NCBI GenBank assembly: GCA_049472335.1
Contig: JBLIRO010000014.1
Span: forward strand, 9,684-73,683
Direction: 5' to 3'
From: a bacterium
Lineage (GTDB): Bacteria; SZUA-182; DTGQ01; JAFGSM01
DNA length: 64,000 nucleotides
Below, one piece after another: positions 9,762 to 19,478 of the stretch (the first letter of the stretch is position 1; each line of letters starts with the position of its first letter). Under the pieces are notes generated by a model. That model saw only the letters and a program-made list of their open reading frames with translations, was not told where the DNA came from and made no database searches. The translations under genes were made by a program, and so were the position numbers.

Positions 9762-10912
9762 GCTCAATACGTATTTGCATGGCCATCGATTATTATTATC
9801 CCATGGTCGGAGGGAGCGAGATACAGGCTTACAGACTTTCCGAGAAACTTTCACAAATGGGATTGAAGGTATTTGTGGTTACCAGAAAATATCCGGGTCT
9901 CATAGAAACGAAAATCCATAATAGGGCAAGTATATTCAGATTATCCATTTTCGGAAGAAATAAGATTGCATCGGGTGTTTTTTTTATACGAATCCTATAC
10001 TTTCTAATAAAGAATAAAAAAAAATACGATATAATCCATTGCCATCTTGCTACATCAACCGCCTTGGGCTGCTTAGCGGCCGGGATTATAAATAAAACTC
10101 CTATAGTAATAAAAATGGGTGGCAGTGGTAAAACCGGTGATGTGCAGAGATCTCTTTCTTCATATCACGGAAGACTTAAGATAAAAATACTTAAAAAAGG
10201 GCCGTGCAATTTTGTTGTTCCAAGTGATGAGATTGCTCAGGAAATGATTGAAACAGGATTTTTGCCAGAAAGAATAAAGATTATACCAAATGGAGTTGAC
10301 ACTGATTATTTTTCACCCATAAATCAGCAATGCAAAATGATCAAAAAAAGAGAATTTGGTATTATTGATAAAAACCTGGCTCTTTATCTCGGAAGGCTTG
10401 ATAAAAATAAGGACATAATCCTTTTAATAGACGCATGGTCAAAATTGTCAGACATGGGAAAAAACTGGAAACTTTGGATAATTGGTCCGGGGAATCTTGA
10501 AAAGGCTATCAAAAATCTAATTCAGGAAAAAGGATTGGATTGTTGCGTATCTCTTATGCCTTATGTATCCCCGGAAAAAGTTAAAGATTATTTACAAATT
10601 GGGGATCTATTTATACAACCTTCAAGGTTCGAAGGCCTTTCAAATGCATTACTCGAGGCAATGTCCTGCGGATTGCCCATTATTGCTTCCAGGATTAGTA
10701 TTAACGAGGTTTTGATCAAAGATTATTTTAATGGCCTTCTCTTTGATCCTGGAGATACCTGCGATCTTGTGGGGTGCCTTGAAAAGGCTCTAAAGAATGA
10801 AAAATATCGTGAATATTGGGGGATTAATGCGAGAAAATGGGTTGTAGAGAATCTGGATTTATCTCATGTTGCGACTCTTTATACGAGGCTTTACAAGGAG
10901 ATTATGAGGTAA
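9758..10912 (+). CDS. Glycosyltransferase family 4
   Basis: GGSE, IPNGVD, GRLDKNK, EGLSNALLEAMSCG. Confidence 0.93.
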   Translation: MSSIRICMAIDYYYPMVGGSEIQAYRLSEKLSQMGLKVFVVTRKYPGLIETKIHNRASIFRLSIFGRNKIASGVFFIRILYFLIKNKKKYDIIHCHLATSTALGCLAAGIINKTPIVIKMGGSGKTGDVQRSLSSYHGRLKIKILKKGPCNFVVPSDEIAQEMIETGFLPERIKIIPNGVDTDYFSPINQQCKMIKKREFGIIDKNLALYLGRLDKNKDIILLIDAWSKLSDMGKNWKLWIIGPGNLEKAIKNLIQEKGLDCCVSLMPYVSPEKVKDYLQIGDLFIQPSRFEGLSNALLEAMSCGLPIIASRISINEVLIKDYFNGLLFDPGDTCDLVGCLEKALKNEKYREYWGINARKWVVENLDLSHVATLYTRLYKEIMR

Positions 10913-10916
10913 CTAC

Positions 10917-11762
10917 ATGAAAGAAAATATAATAACATATGAACCGGATAATTCTCTGAAGAAAGGATATATATCCATATTTAGAGAGATTTATAATGAA
11001 ATCAAGGCAAATCACTGGCTAACCTATCAACTGTTCAAAAGAGATTTTTTGGCTGTATACAAGCAATCATTTATTGGCATTTTCTGGGCGTTTATTATAC
11101 CGCTTGTCAGTATCGGGACATTTATTATTCTGAATCATTCAGGTGTTTTTTCTATCGGCGTAATCAATGTTCCTTATCCTATTTATGCGATACTGGGATT
11201 AGCATTCTGGCAGCTTTTTTCAACAGGATTGATAGCAAGCTCAAGCTCACTGGTCAAAGCAGGTTCCATGATAGTAAAGATAAATTTTTCCAAAAAGTCC
11301 TTAATTATCGCATCCACCGGCCAATCAATAATTGCCTTTTTGATTCAATTTATTATGCTATGTTTGCTTTTTATTTTTTATGGAATTAAGCCGAATATTA
11401 GAATTCTTTTGGTTCCACTATTAATAATACCCGTAATGCTCCTTACCTTCGGAATCGGTTTTATTCTTTCTTTGATAAATGGAGTAATGAGGGATGTGGG
11501 CAATGCCCTTTCAACATTAATAACATTCCTGATGTTTATCACGCCTGTTCTTTATTCCAAACCGACTACGGGGATCCTGGCAAAGATGACCAATTATAAT
11601 TTACTCCATTATCTGATTTCAACGCCCAGGGACCTGATATTAACAGGAAAAGCACCTGAATGGAAAGGATTTTCAATATCCTGTATCATATCATGTATCG
11701 TTTTCGTGTTATGTCTGGTTACATTTCATCTTACAGAAACAAGGGTTGCAGAGAGAATTTAA
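10917..11762 (+). CDS. wzm: Polysaccharide ABC transporter permease (Wzm)
   Basis: RDFLAVYKQSFIGIFWAFIIP, RDVG, MFITPVLY; multiple TMs. Confidence 0.88.
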   Translation: MKENIITYEPDNSLKKGYISIFREIYNEIKANHWLTYQLFKRDFLAVYKQSFIGIFWAFIIPLVSIGTFIILNHSGVFSIGVINVPYPIYAILGLAFWQLFSTGLIASSSSLVKAGSMIVKINFSKKSLIIASTGQSIIAFLIQFIMLCLLFIFYGIKPNIRILLVPLLIIPVMLLTFGIGFILSLINGVMRDVGNALSTLITFLMFITPVLYSKPTTGILAKMTNYNLLHYLISTPRDLILTGKAPEWKGFSISCIISCIVFVLCLVTFHLTETRVAERI

Positions 11763-11763
11763 G

Positions 11764-12993
11764 ATGAATGAAGAAACATCAATAAAAGCGGATCATGTTT
11801 CGAAAAAATATTGCAAATCTTTAAAACGCTCCATGTTTTACGGGATAAGAGATATCGCGAGAAATATTCTCGGGCTAAGCTCACGATCTGAAATCCTTAA
11901 AAAAAACGAATTCTGGGCGGTGGATGATGTTTCTTTTGAAATTAAAAAAGGTGAAACACTAGGAATAATTGGTCCGAATGGTTCCGGAAAAACCACCCTT
12001 CTAAAGATGCTGAATGGTATCTTTTGGCCTGACAGGGGAAAGATTATGATCAAAGGCAGAGTGGGCGCCCTTATTGAAGTAGGAGCAGGTTTTCATCCTT
12101 TACTGACAGGCCGGGAAAATATCTATATCAATGCAGCCATATTAGGGATGACAAAACGGGAGGTAAATAAAAGGCTCGACGAAATAGTTGAATTTGCCGA
12201 TATAACTGATTTCATAAATGTACCGGTCAAACATTATTCCAGCGGTATGTTTGTCCGGCTGGGATTTGCCGTTGCGGTTCATTGTAATCCAGATATTTTG
12301 CTTGTGGATGAAGTCCTGGCCGTCGGTGATCTTAATTTCCAAAATAAATGTATGAAAAAAATGGGAGAGATAAGCGATAAGGGGACCACCATAATATTCG
12401 TCTCTCACAATATTCCTGCCGTTCAAAGAATATGTCAAAAATGTCTGTTTTTAAAAAAAGGCAAACTAATTATCAACTCATTTACCAATAAGGTAGTAAG
12501 TGAATACTATAAATGGGTTTCAACCACGACTGATAAGCCCGGCAAAGAGATGGTTCAAAAATGCGGGAAACAGAATGAGCTCTCGTATTTTGTTATTTGT
12601 AATGCCGATGGTAAACCCCAAAAAACGTTTGAGACGGGTGAAAAAATACTTATAAAATTCGGCTTTTTGCTGGAAGATCGGATATATAATCCGATATTGC
12701 ACATTTCCCTGATCGGAGACACATACCATGGATACAATACAAGGGATGACAATATAGAAATAGATGTATTGGATAGCTTGACGGAGATATTATTAGAAGT
12801 TGATTTTTTAGGTCTATCAAGCGGAGTTTATCAAATATGCATAGGTCTGTGGGATAATAACTACATATATCCCTATTACTGGAACTGGGATGTAGAAAAA
12901 ATTGAATTGTCTTCTTCCAAACCACCCATGGGACGCTTTATTTTCAAACATTCCTGGAAAATCCAAAATAAAAAGACCAAAATATATAAATGA
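11764..12993 (+). CDS. wzt: Polysaccharide ABC transporter ATPase with Wzt C-terminal domain
   Basis: GPNGSGKTT, YSSGMFVRLGFA, DEVLAVGD; C-terminal extension. Confidence 0.93.
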   Translation: MNEETSIKADHVSKKYCKSLKRSMFYGIRDIARNILGLSSRSEILKKNEFWAVDDVSFEIKKGETLGIIGPNGSGKTTLLKMLNGIFWPDRGKIMIKGRVGALIEVGAGFHPLLTGRENIYINAAILGMTKREVNKRLDEIVEFADITDFINVPVKHYSSGMFVRLGFAVAVHCNPDILLVDEVLAVGDLNFQNKCMKKMGEISDKGTTIIFVSHNIPAVQRICQKCLFLKKGKLIINSFTNKVVSEYYKWVSTTTDKPGKEMVQKCGKQNELSYFVICNADGKPQKTFETGEKILIKFGFLLEDRIYNPILHISLIGDTYHGYNTRDDNIEIDVLDSLTEILLEVDFLGLSSGVYQICIGLWDNNYIYPYYWNWDVEKIELSSSKPPMGRFIFKHSWKIQNKKTKIYK

Positions 12994-13044
12994 AATGTCT
13001 GAGCTAGATCCAGAAAGGCAACTCAAAATCATGTTTTTAGGAAA

Positions 13045-14046
13045 ATGAATATTTTAAGGGGAATCCATTTCGGAAGTTACTGGATGGGAGCAAACGATAT
13101 CGTCTATCTGATGTCCCTTGACTTAAAGGAGTTATGTGATTTAGTAATCGTAGATACCGGAATTTATTCCGGAAATAATGAAAATTGGTATACTGAAGAT
13201 TTTTCCCATAGCTCTGAAATACCCATCAGATGGCTTAATGAAGAGAAGGTTTTGATGTTAGTGGAAAAAGAACAGCCTGACTTTATAATGGTTAATTCAG
13301 GAGGGATGTCATTAACCTTAAAATGTATTGATTTTTTAAAGAGCAGAAATATAGTTACCATTGGTATTTCCCTTTCAGATCCGGATGTCTTTATTGGAAA
13401 CGGAAGGATATATTCTGAATACTATGACTTGTTTTATACTAATTCGCTTTATGCTTTACAAAATCTATATTCAAAAAAAAACAATATCGGGCTTCTGCCT
13501 TTTGCAGCTTGCACAAAGGTGCATCATCCCTTAGAAGATATTGAAAAGCTATATGAAGTTGTAATTATCGGACATGCGCGGCCTGAAAGGATAAAAACAG
13601 TAAAACGATTAAAAAAACATTTTAATATCGGTTTATTTGGTAATGACTGGGGAGATAAGAATAAAAGCGTGTATGCCGATGATCATGTTAGAGCATTGAA
13701 TTCAGGAAAAATATATCTCTCATTTTCAAAAACATTGGCAGGCCATACCAATGTAAAGGTTGGAATATTCGAGGCCATTGCCTGTAAAAATTGCGTTGTC
13801 ACCCAATTTTTCGATGAAATGGAGCATTACTTCAAATACGGCATTGATATCCTCGGATACGTTAATGAGAACATGTTGATTGATTTGATTGATAGTTATC
13901 TGAAAAACGAAAGAATAAGAAATTGGATAGCCAATAATGCATATACAAGACTTATTCATGAACATACATGGACAAAAAGATTTGAGAGTGTCCTAAACGA
14001 TATCTATAATTATAAAAAGATACAGAGGACTGGATGCTTAACCTGA
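13045..14046 (+). CDS. Glycosyltransferase, CgeB/Glyco_trans_1_2-like
   Basis: SDPD, LPFAAC...HHP, IFEAIAC, IANNAY.R..HEHTW..R. Confidence 0.8.
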   Translation: MNILRGIHFGSYWMGANDIVYLMSLDLKELCDLVIVDTGIYSGNNENWYTEDFSHSSEIPIRWLNEEKVLMLVEKEQPDFIMVNSGGMSLTLKCIDFLKSRNIVTIGISLSDPDVFIGNGRIYSEYYDLFYTNSLYALQNLYSKKNNIGLLPFAACTKVHHPLEDIEKLYEVVIIGHARPERIKTVKRLKKHFNIGLFGNDWGDKNKSVYADDHVRALNSGKIYLSFSKTLAGHTNVKVGIFEAIACKNCVVTQFFDEMEHYFKYGIDILGYVNENMLIDLIDSYLKNERIRNWIANNAYTRLIHEHTWTKRFESVLNDIYNYKKIQRTGCLT

Positions 14047-14065
14047 TGAAATTATAATTTAATTT

Positions 14066-15091
14066 ATGACTGCTGGAAACAAAATGAAATTGGGGGTAAT
14101 TGGATGGTATGGCCATTCTAATTTTGGCGACGAAAGGATGTTATATTGCATTAAGAATGTCTTTCCCGAACATGATTTTTTAGCTGCAAATAACTGGAAT
14201 GATGCCAGAGATAAGCTAAACGAACTAAATAAATGCGATTATATCCTGATAGGAGGAGGCGGATTAATATTAAGAAACATTTTTAATCAGGTGGACTTTT
14301 TTCAATCCTTAAAAAGGCCTTTTGCCCTTATCGGGGTCAGCATAGAAGCAAATCACAATAATATGAATTCATTTTTTCAAATAATCAAGGAAAAAGCAGA
14401 ATTTATTTTGGTGAGAGACAAACAAAGTAAAAAATATTTAGGCAATCATTACAAGGTAATTGTCGGGCCTGATTTGACATTTTTATGTCCCTTCAATATC
14501 GTTGATGTAAAAAAAGACGATATCTGTGGATTAAACTTGAGGTATTGGTTTTACTGGAAGGCCCAGCTTCATGGAAGTTATCACAATTTAATGATAAAAA
14601 TGAACAATATTTATTCAGTTTTAAAAAATATCTATCCACTAAAGAAATGGGAACCGGATAAAGCAGTAGAAATTATTAAGAGGAACTTTAAATATATATT
14701 ACCGATTACGTTTTATTCAGAAAAAAATGCCATAAATGATTATGTTATCTTATCAGGATATTTTAAAAATGTCGCTCCATTTTTTGATACCAGTCTATAT
14801 GATAAAATAAGATATTTAGTGGGAATGAGATATCACTCTATTGTCTTTGCTGTTCAGTGTGGCATTCCTTTCATTTCATTATCTTATCAGCCTAAGAGTA
14901 TGAAATTTTGTTCTGACATTGATTTAAAAATGCTTTCTGTGGATATTTTCAATCTAAATGAATTAGACGATAAAATAAATTATATTAAAGAGAACTATCA
15001 ACATATTCGAAATCATATCATATCATATAGGGAAAAGGCCGTTAAAGAGATAAAATATATTTTTAGTTCAATATCCGCCTTAATTAAATAG
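14066..15091 (+). CDS. Polysaccharide pyruvyl transferase family protein
   Basis: GWYGHSNFGD, IGGGGL, VRD..S, GMRYHS..FA...GIP; alternative start 14084. Confidence 0.88.
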   Translation: MTAGNKMKLGVIGWYGHSNFGDERMLYCIKNVFPEHDFLAANNWNDARDKLNELNKCDYILIGGGGLILRNIFNQVDFFQSLKRPFALIGVSIEANHNNMNSFFQIIKEKAEFILVRDKQSKKYLGNHYKVIVGPDLTFLCPFNIVDVKKDDICGLNLRYWFYWKAQLHGSYHNLMIKMNNIYSVLKNIYPLKKWEPDKAVEIIKRNFKYILPITFYSEKNAINDYVILSGYFKNVAPFFDTSLYDKIRYLVGMRYHSIVFAVQCGIPFISLSYQPKSMKFCSDIDLKMLSVDIFNLNELDDKINYIKENYQHIRNHIISYREKAVKEIKYIFSSISALIK

Positions 15092-15140
15092 GCTTTTTTA
15101 AGATCAATCATTGGTGACAGTTTAGTAAAAGCTATTAACA

Positions 15141-16025
15141 ATGAATAAAACTTTGCCAAAAGTCAGTATTATTTTACCTACTTACAATGGAGCTGATTAT
15201 ATCCATGAGTCTATAGGTAGCTGTCTCAATCAAACATATAAAAACCTGGAGCTGATCATCGTTGATGATGGTTCTACAGACGGTACAGATAAAATTGTGA
15301 ATGATTATAAAGATAATCGTATTAATGTTATTAAAAACAAAAATAACAAAGGATTACCAAATGCATTAAACATTGGTTTTTCTCAAGCCAGTGGCGATTT
15401 TTTAACATGGACCTCTGATGATAATATGTATGACAAAGAAGCTATAGAAAAAATGCTTCATTTTTTGATAGAAAAAAAATGTTCCTTTGTTTACTGTAAT
15501 TATTATAAATTTACAGATCCTGAAAGTAGATCTATAGTTAATTTGCCGGAAAAGGTTTGTCTTGAAACAGGAAATATGATAGGACCATGTTTTATGTATT
15601 CCAGAAAAGTAATGGAATCTATCGGGGAATATGATCCTGTTACTGAGTTAGCTGAAGATTACGATTTTTGGATTCGGGTAGCCAAAGTCTTCTCTATGGA
15701 GCATATTAGCGAACCTTTATATTTTTTTAGGGTCCATGGTGAATCACTCTCTAAATCAAAATATTATGAAGTACTGACTGTTGGTTTCCTGGTAATGCTC
15801 AAAAATAATATTTCCAGCATTGATCATGTGACGGACTTGTTTCTGGATCTTATTCGGCAAAAAAAAGAGGGCTTGATTAGACCTTTTATTCTGATCAAAA
15901 TATTATACACAAGTAAGATCAAAAGAATACTGAGAGAATATGAATCAGGCATACTAAATTTTAATATGGCTAAATTGGATCTTTATAATATTGTTTTCTC
16001 AAAAATCCCTCACACTCGTTACTGA
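15141..16025 (+). CDS. Glycosyltransferase family 2
   Basis: VSIILPTYNG, IVDDGSTD, WTSDDN, AEDYDFW. Confidence 0.93.
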   Translation: MNKTLPKVSIILPTYNGADYIHESIGSCLNQTYKNLELIIVDDGSTDGTDKIVNDYKDNRINVIKNKNNKGLPNALNIGFSQASGDFLTWTSDDNMYDKEAIEKMLHFLIEKKCSFVYCNYYKFTDPESRSIVNLPEKVCLETGNMIGPCFMYSRKVMESIGEYDPVTELAEDYDFWIRVAKVFSMEHISEPLYFFRVHGESLSKSKYYEVLTVGFLVMLKNNISSIDHVTDLFLDLIRQKKEGLIRPFILIKILYTSKIKRILREYESGILNFNMAKLDLYNIVFSKIPHTRY

Positions 16026-16049
16026 AGTATCAGTAGTGAATAAAATGAA

Positions 16050-16120
16050 AATCGGTCTTTCCCTCTATCGACAATCAACAGGATGGCTCCTGAGTATGTG
16101 GATAGAGGGATTGACCGATT
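16050..16120. terminator. Long inverted repeat between convergent genes
   Basis: AATCGGTC-TT-TCCCTCTATC ... GATAGAGGGA-TT-GACCGATT with inner CAGGA-TGGC-TCCTG hairpin. Confidence 0.65.
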
Positions 16121-16136
16121 GATCATTACTCAAATG

Positions 16137-18791
16137 TTATGGAGCACCCTGAACCGTTAGTACGCATTGGGTTATGACATTTCTCAATAATATCCAATAT
16201 CCCGTGCCGGGTATCAGAAACTCGTAATCATAAACCCTCTGATATCCCACCCCGGGGAGATATTTATAGATAACGATAATATCGCAGCTATCCGTAGTAG
16301 CCTTAGCATCAAATGTGCAGCCACCTATCATCTCCCATCCGGAAGTATTTACCGTAGAGGTGTGTTGAAAAATGGCTTTACCTGTGACTGTATAGGTTTT
16401 TTCCTCATAAAAAAGTATCCAGTATCCCTTTCCGGCCTCCAGCTTATTTACCCGTACATATCCGGAAGCCTTATCATACCCGTAAGCCACAACTGCGTCA
16501 GGGAAAAGATCTGAGACCAAAGCGCTCCTTGGTTTTACCGGAAGCGAGATCATGCTCCAGCCAACAGGCATGTGCATTTCAACGGAGATTTCCCTGGACC
16601 AGATAAATATGTAATTGGCAAACCATATTCCTTGGGAAGCTACATACAAAAATTCGCTTTCTTTTGTCTGATATTGATTGATATTGTGCATATCCCAGAC
16701 AAGCAATGTTCGATTACCGGCGTCATCTTCATGCCACAAACTTAGTCGAGGCATATTCGGGTCCGGATCCGGAGGACATAAATTAGCAGGATTCCAAGAT
16801 ATTACAGGATAAAAACCCTCCTTTTCCGGATCGGCCTCATCACCTATCTGAAGGATCATCATCCATTCCTCATATTTGGATGCACCCGCTTCTCTATAAT
16901 CCTCCAGCAATGAACCGTCTAAAGCTGAATAAACGGTATATTCAGGAGGTGGCCCGGGAGAGGGAAATGTCAACGCCTCGGTGTCAAAACCAATAAAAAC
17001 CCTGCTGACATTCGCTGCAGTTGGATTAGGTTGCCCTGTGCTTGTAATCGGGGCTTTAAATATACATGGCGGCGATTCAATTATTGTCCAATATCCCTGA
17101 ACCGTTGCCCTCTGAGAAAAATCGGCAGGATTGTTGAAGCACTCAAAATCAGTGCAATCAAACATCAAGCCCACATGTAACCACTCACAATATTTCAAGG
17201 GACGTTCAGGCTGAACCCATTTTACTTCAGTACCACCCGGAATTGGACGGACAACTAAAGGATTAACAGAATTTGCGCCCCAGGGCTCGTTTGTTCCCTT
17301 TACATAGCCTATCGCCCATAACACATCCTTGCATTTGAAATACAGATTATGGAAATCCAGCTCAAAGTTAGTAACCTCATAGTTAGTATTATTATGGATG
17401 TCAAAATTGACTAAAATCCTAATGATCTTTGGGATGGATGCTTGAGGATCCAAAATAGCCTCGTTGATGAAGTGGCCAACAACGTTCCCTGATTCCAGCA
17501 TAACCTCATAGGCAACAAAGACTGCTCCTGCATTGTCGGTTTCAGCTCGAGGGATTGTAAGCAACAGGTCTTGATCTTCCGTAACCATGATCGGTTCCTT
17601 ATCAGTTTCGGGTTGTCTCCAGTCAAGATCAAGTGCCGGCCTAGAGGTATCAGAATCCCAAACGAGATCTTCCAAAGGAATGAAATTCCCACGCCCAGGC
17701 ATAACAGCAAATTGTCTTTGAACAAATATGTTTCCTTCTCCTGGTGGCTGACCGGGCAGAATCGGATTGAGCCATGTCGGAGAAATCCGTATGCGGTCGA
17801 TTATGTTTCCGTTTTCATCGATTCCCCAGAACTGCCAGGGAAGTGGCACCTGGGCAACCTTCTTTTGGCATTCCCGAATAATAGTCCAGTATCCCTGAAC
17901 CGTTGCCTTTAAAACCGGGTCATCAGGATTATTGAAACAGTCAAAATTTACACATTTGATTACTAAGCCGATATGCAACCACTCGCAATATTTTAAAGGC
18001 CTGTTATGCTGAATCCATTTCACTTCGGTGCCGCCCGGTATAGGCCTGACTATAAGAGGACTGCCCGGATTGGCCCCCCATGGCTCTCCGGTTCCGACTA
18101 CAAAACCCGTTGCATATTCAACATCATTATAACCAAAATTCATACCCAGGAAATCAAGCTCAAAATTTGTAGGGTTGTAATCCGTCTTATTATGTATGTC
18201 GAAATTTACCAATATCTTAACTATCTTAGGAGGAAATACATTGGCTTCTACAATAGCCTGGTTTAAAAAATGCGCGACAACCTCATTGTCTATCAGGACC
18301 TCATAGGCAACGAGCACGCCTATTTGATCAAAGTCCTGAGAAGCTATTATCTCTTCAGTTGGGATTGTAAGCACTAAATCTTCACCGATTTTGACTTCCA
18401 CAGGCGCATTATCAGGCATTCTCCATGTTCTCTGATCTCCCGGCATTGGTTGGACAACTGGGGGATTATCGCCATCAAAATTCCAGACAAGTCCATCCAA
18501 AGGAAGAGGGGTTGGAGTGATTGTAAATTGTCTACGCACGAATACAGGGCCTTCTCCAACAGGTGGCACAGTCAGCCATGTCGGTGATATTCGTATCCTG
18601 TCTATGATGTTGCCAGATTCATCAATACCCCAGAACTGCCAGGGAATCGGCACCTGAGCTACCTTTTGCTGGCAATAATACGATGCGTCAGTACAGTATG
18701 GAAAACCATATTGTTGAGAAAAGGCAGGAAGACATATTATGAACGAAAGAAAAAAGATCATTGCCAATGATAAATATAATCGCTTTTTCAT
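16137..18791 (-). CDS. Secreted protein with two ~265-aa tandem repeats and a C-terminal GWSMIS/GYWIL module
   Basis: Signal peptide (PAFS|QQ); repeats start CQ.KVAQVP.PWQFWGIDE and end ATVQGYWTII. Confidence 0.85.
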   Translation of the reverse strand: MKKRLYLSLAMIFFLSFIICLPAFSQQYGFPYCTDASYYCQQKVAQVPIPWQFWGIDESGNIIDRIRISPTWLTVPPVGEGPVFVRRQFTITPTPLPLDGLVWNFDGDNPPVVQPMPGDQRTWRMPDNAPVEVKIGEDLVLTIPTEEIIASQDFDQIGVLVAYEVLIDNEVVAHFLNQAIVEANVFPPKIVKILVNFDIHNKTDYNPTNFELDFLGMNFGYNDVEYATGFVVGTGEPWGANPGSPLIVRPIPGGTEVKWIQHNRPLKYCEWLHIGLVIKCVNFDCFNNPDDPVLKATVQGYWTIIRECQKKVAQVPLPWQFWGIDENGNIIDRIRISPTWLNPILPGQPPGEGNIFVQRQFAVMPGRGNFIPLEDLVWDSDTSRPALDLDWRQPETDKEPIMVTEDQDLLLTIPRAETDNAGAVFVAYEVMLESGNVVGHFINEAILDPQASIPKIIRILVNFDIHNNTNYEVTNFELDFHNLYFKCKDVLWAIGYVKGTNEPWGANSVNPLVVRPIPGGTEVKWVQPERPLKYCEWLHVGLMFDCTDFECFNNPADFSQRATVQGYWTIIESPPCIFKAPITSTGQPNPTAANVSRVFIGFDTEALTFPSPGPPPEYTVYSALDGSLLEDYREAGASKYEEWMMILQIGDEADPEKEGFYPVISWNPANLCPPDPDPNMPRLSLWHEDDAGNRTLLVWDMHNINQYQTKESEFLYVASQGIWFANYIFIWSREISVEMHMPVGWSMISLPVKPRSALVSDLFPDAVVAYGYDKASGYVRVNKLEAGKGYWILFYEEKTYTVTGKAIFQHTSTVNTSGWEMIGGCTFDAKATTDSCDIIVIYKYLPGVGYQRVYDYEFLIPGTGYWILLRNVITQCVLTVQGAP

Positions 18792-19478
18792 CTTACTTCC
18801 CCTTTTTTTTATTATTTTGCTGATTAATAATTCTTAAAGCACTTTAATATATATTTATTTTTCGAGAGATCAGCAAATTGTTCCTTTTAAATTACTTATG
18901 CTCCGACTTTTGAACTCATAAAATCATAATGCCTCCCCTCTTCTGAAAATAATTATAATTTAACGTCATTAAAACCATTGCCGGATCTGAGCCGAGTTTG
19001 GTAAGAATCCTTTTTAAGATATAAATGCAGTGAAACGCCTCCGACATTTTCTGTTAACATTTTTGAAGAGCATGAAGAAAATAAATCGATTGATTTTAAA
19101 ACTTTATTTTTCAGATTAGAGTCAACAAGCGATTCTTTTAAGGCGGTCAGCGACTTTTTCCCAATGGCGTCTCAACCAATCGATATTTAATCTCTTATTA
19201 ATTAATAAAAATTAAAAATAATAACTAATTATAGTCTAATTAAAAATTTACATATTGTCAATGTTTGTCAAGATACATGTTTATCAAGATACATGAAATA
19301 ATTATTGTGAAAAGGCTCAAAAGATAACACATGTTACCCAACCATATAATCAAGCTATTATTGTTTTATTATCAGCAAGTTATAGACCTTATTCTTGGGT
19401 TTGATAAGCTTTAACTGTATAATTTAATTATAAATATTTACATGTTTTTATTTTATTTGAAGGTAGCAGGAGCAGGAG

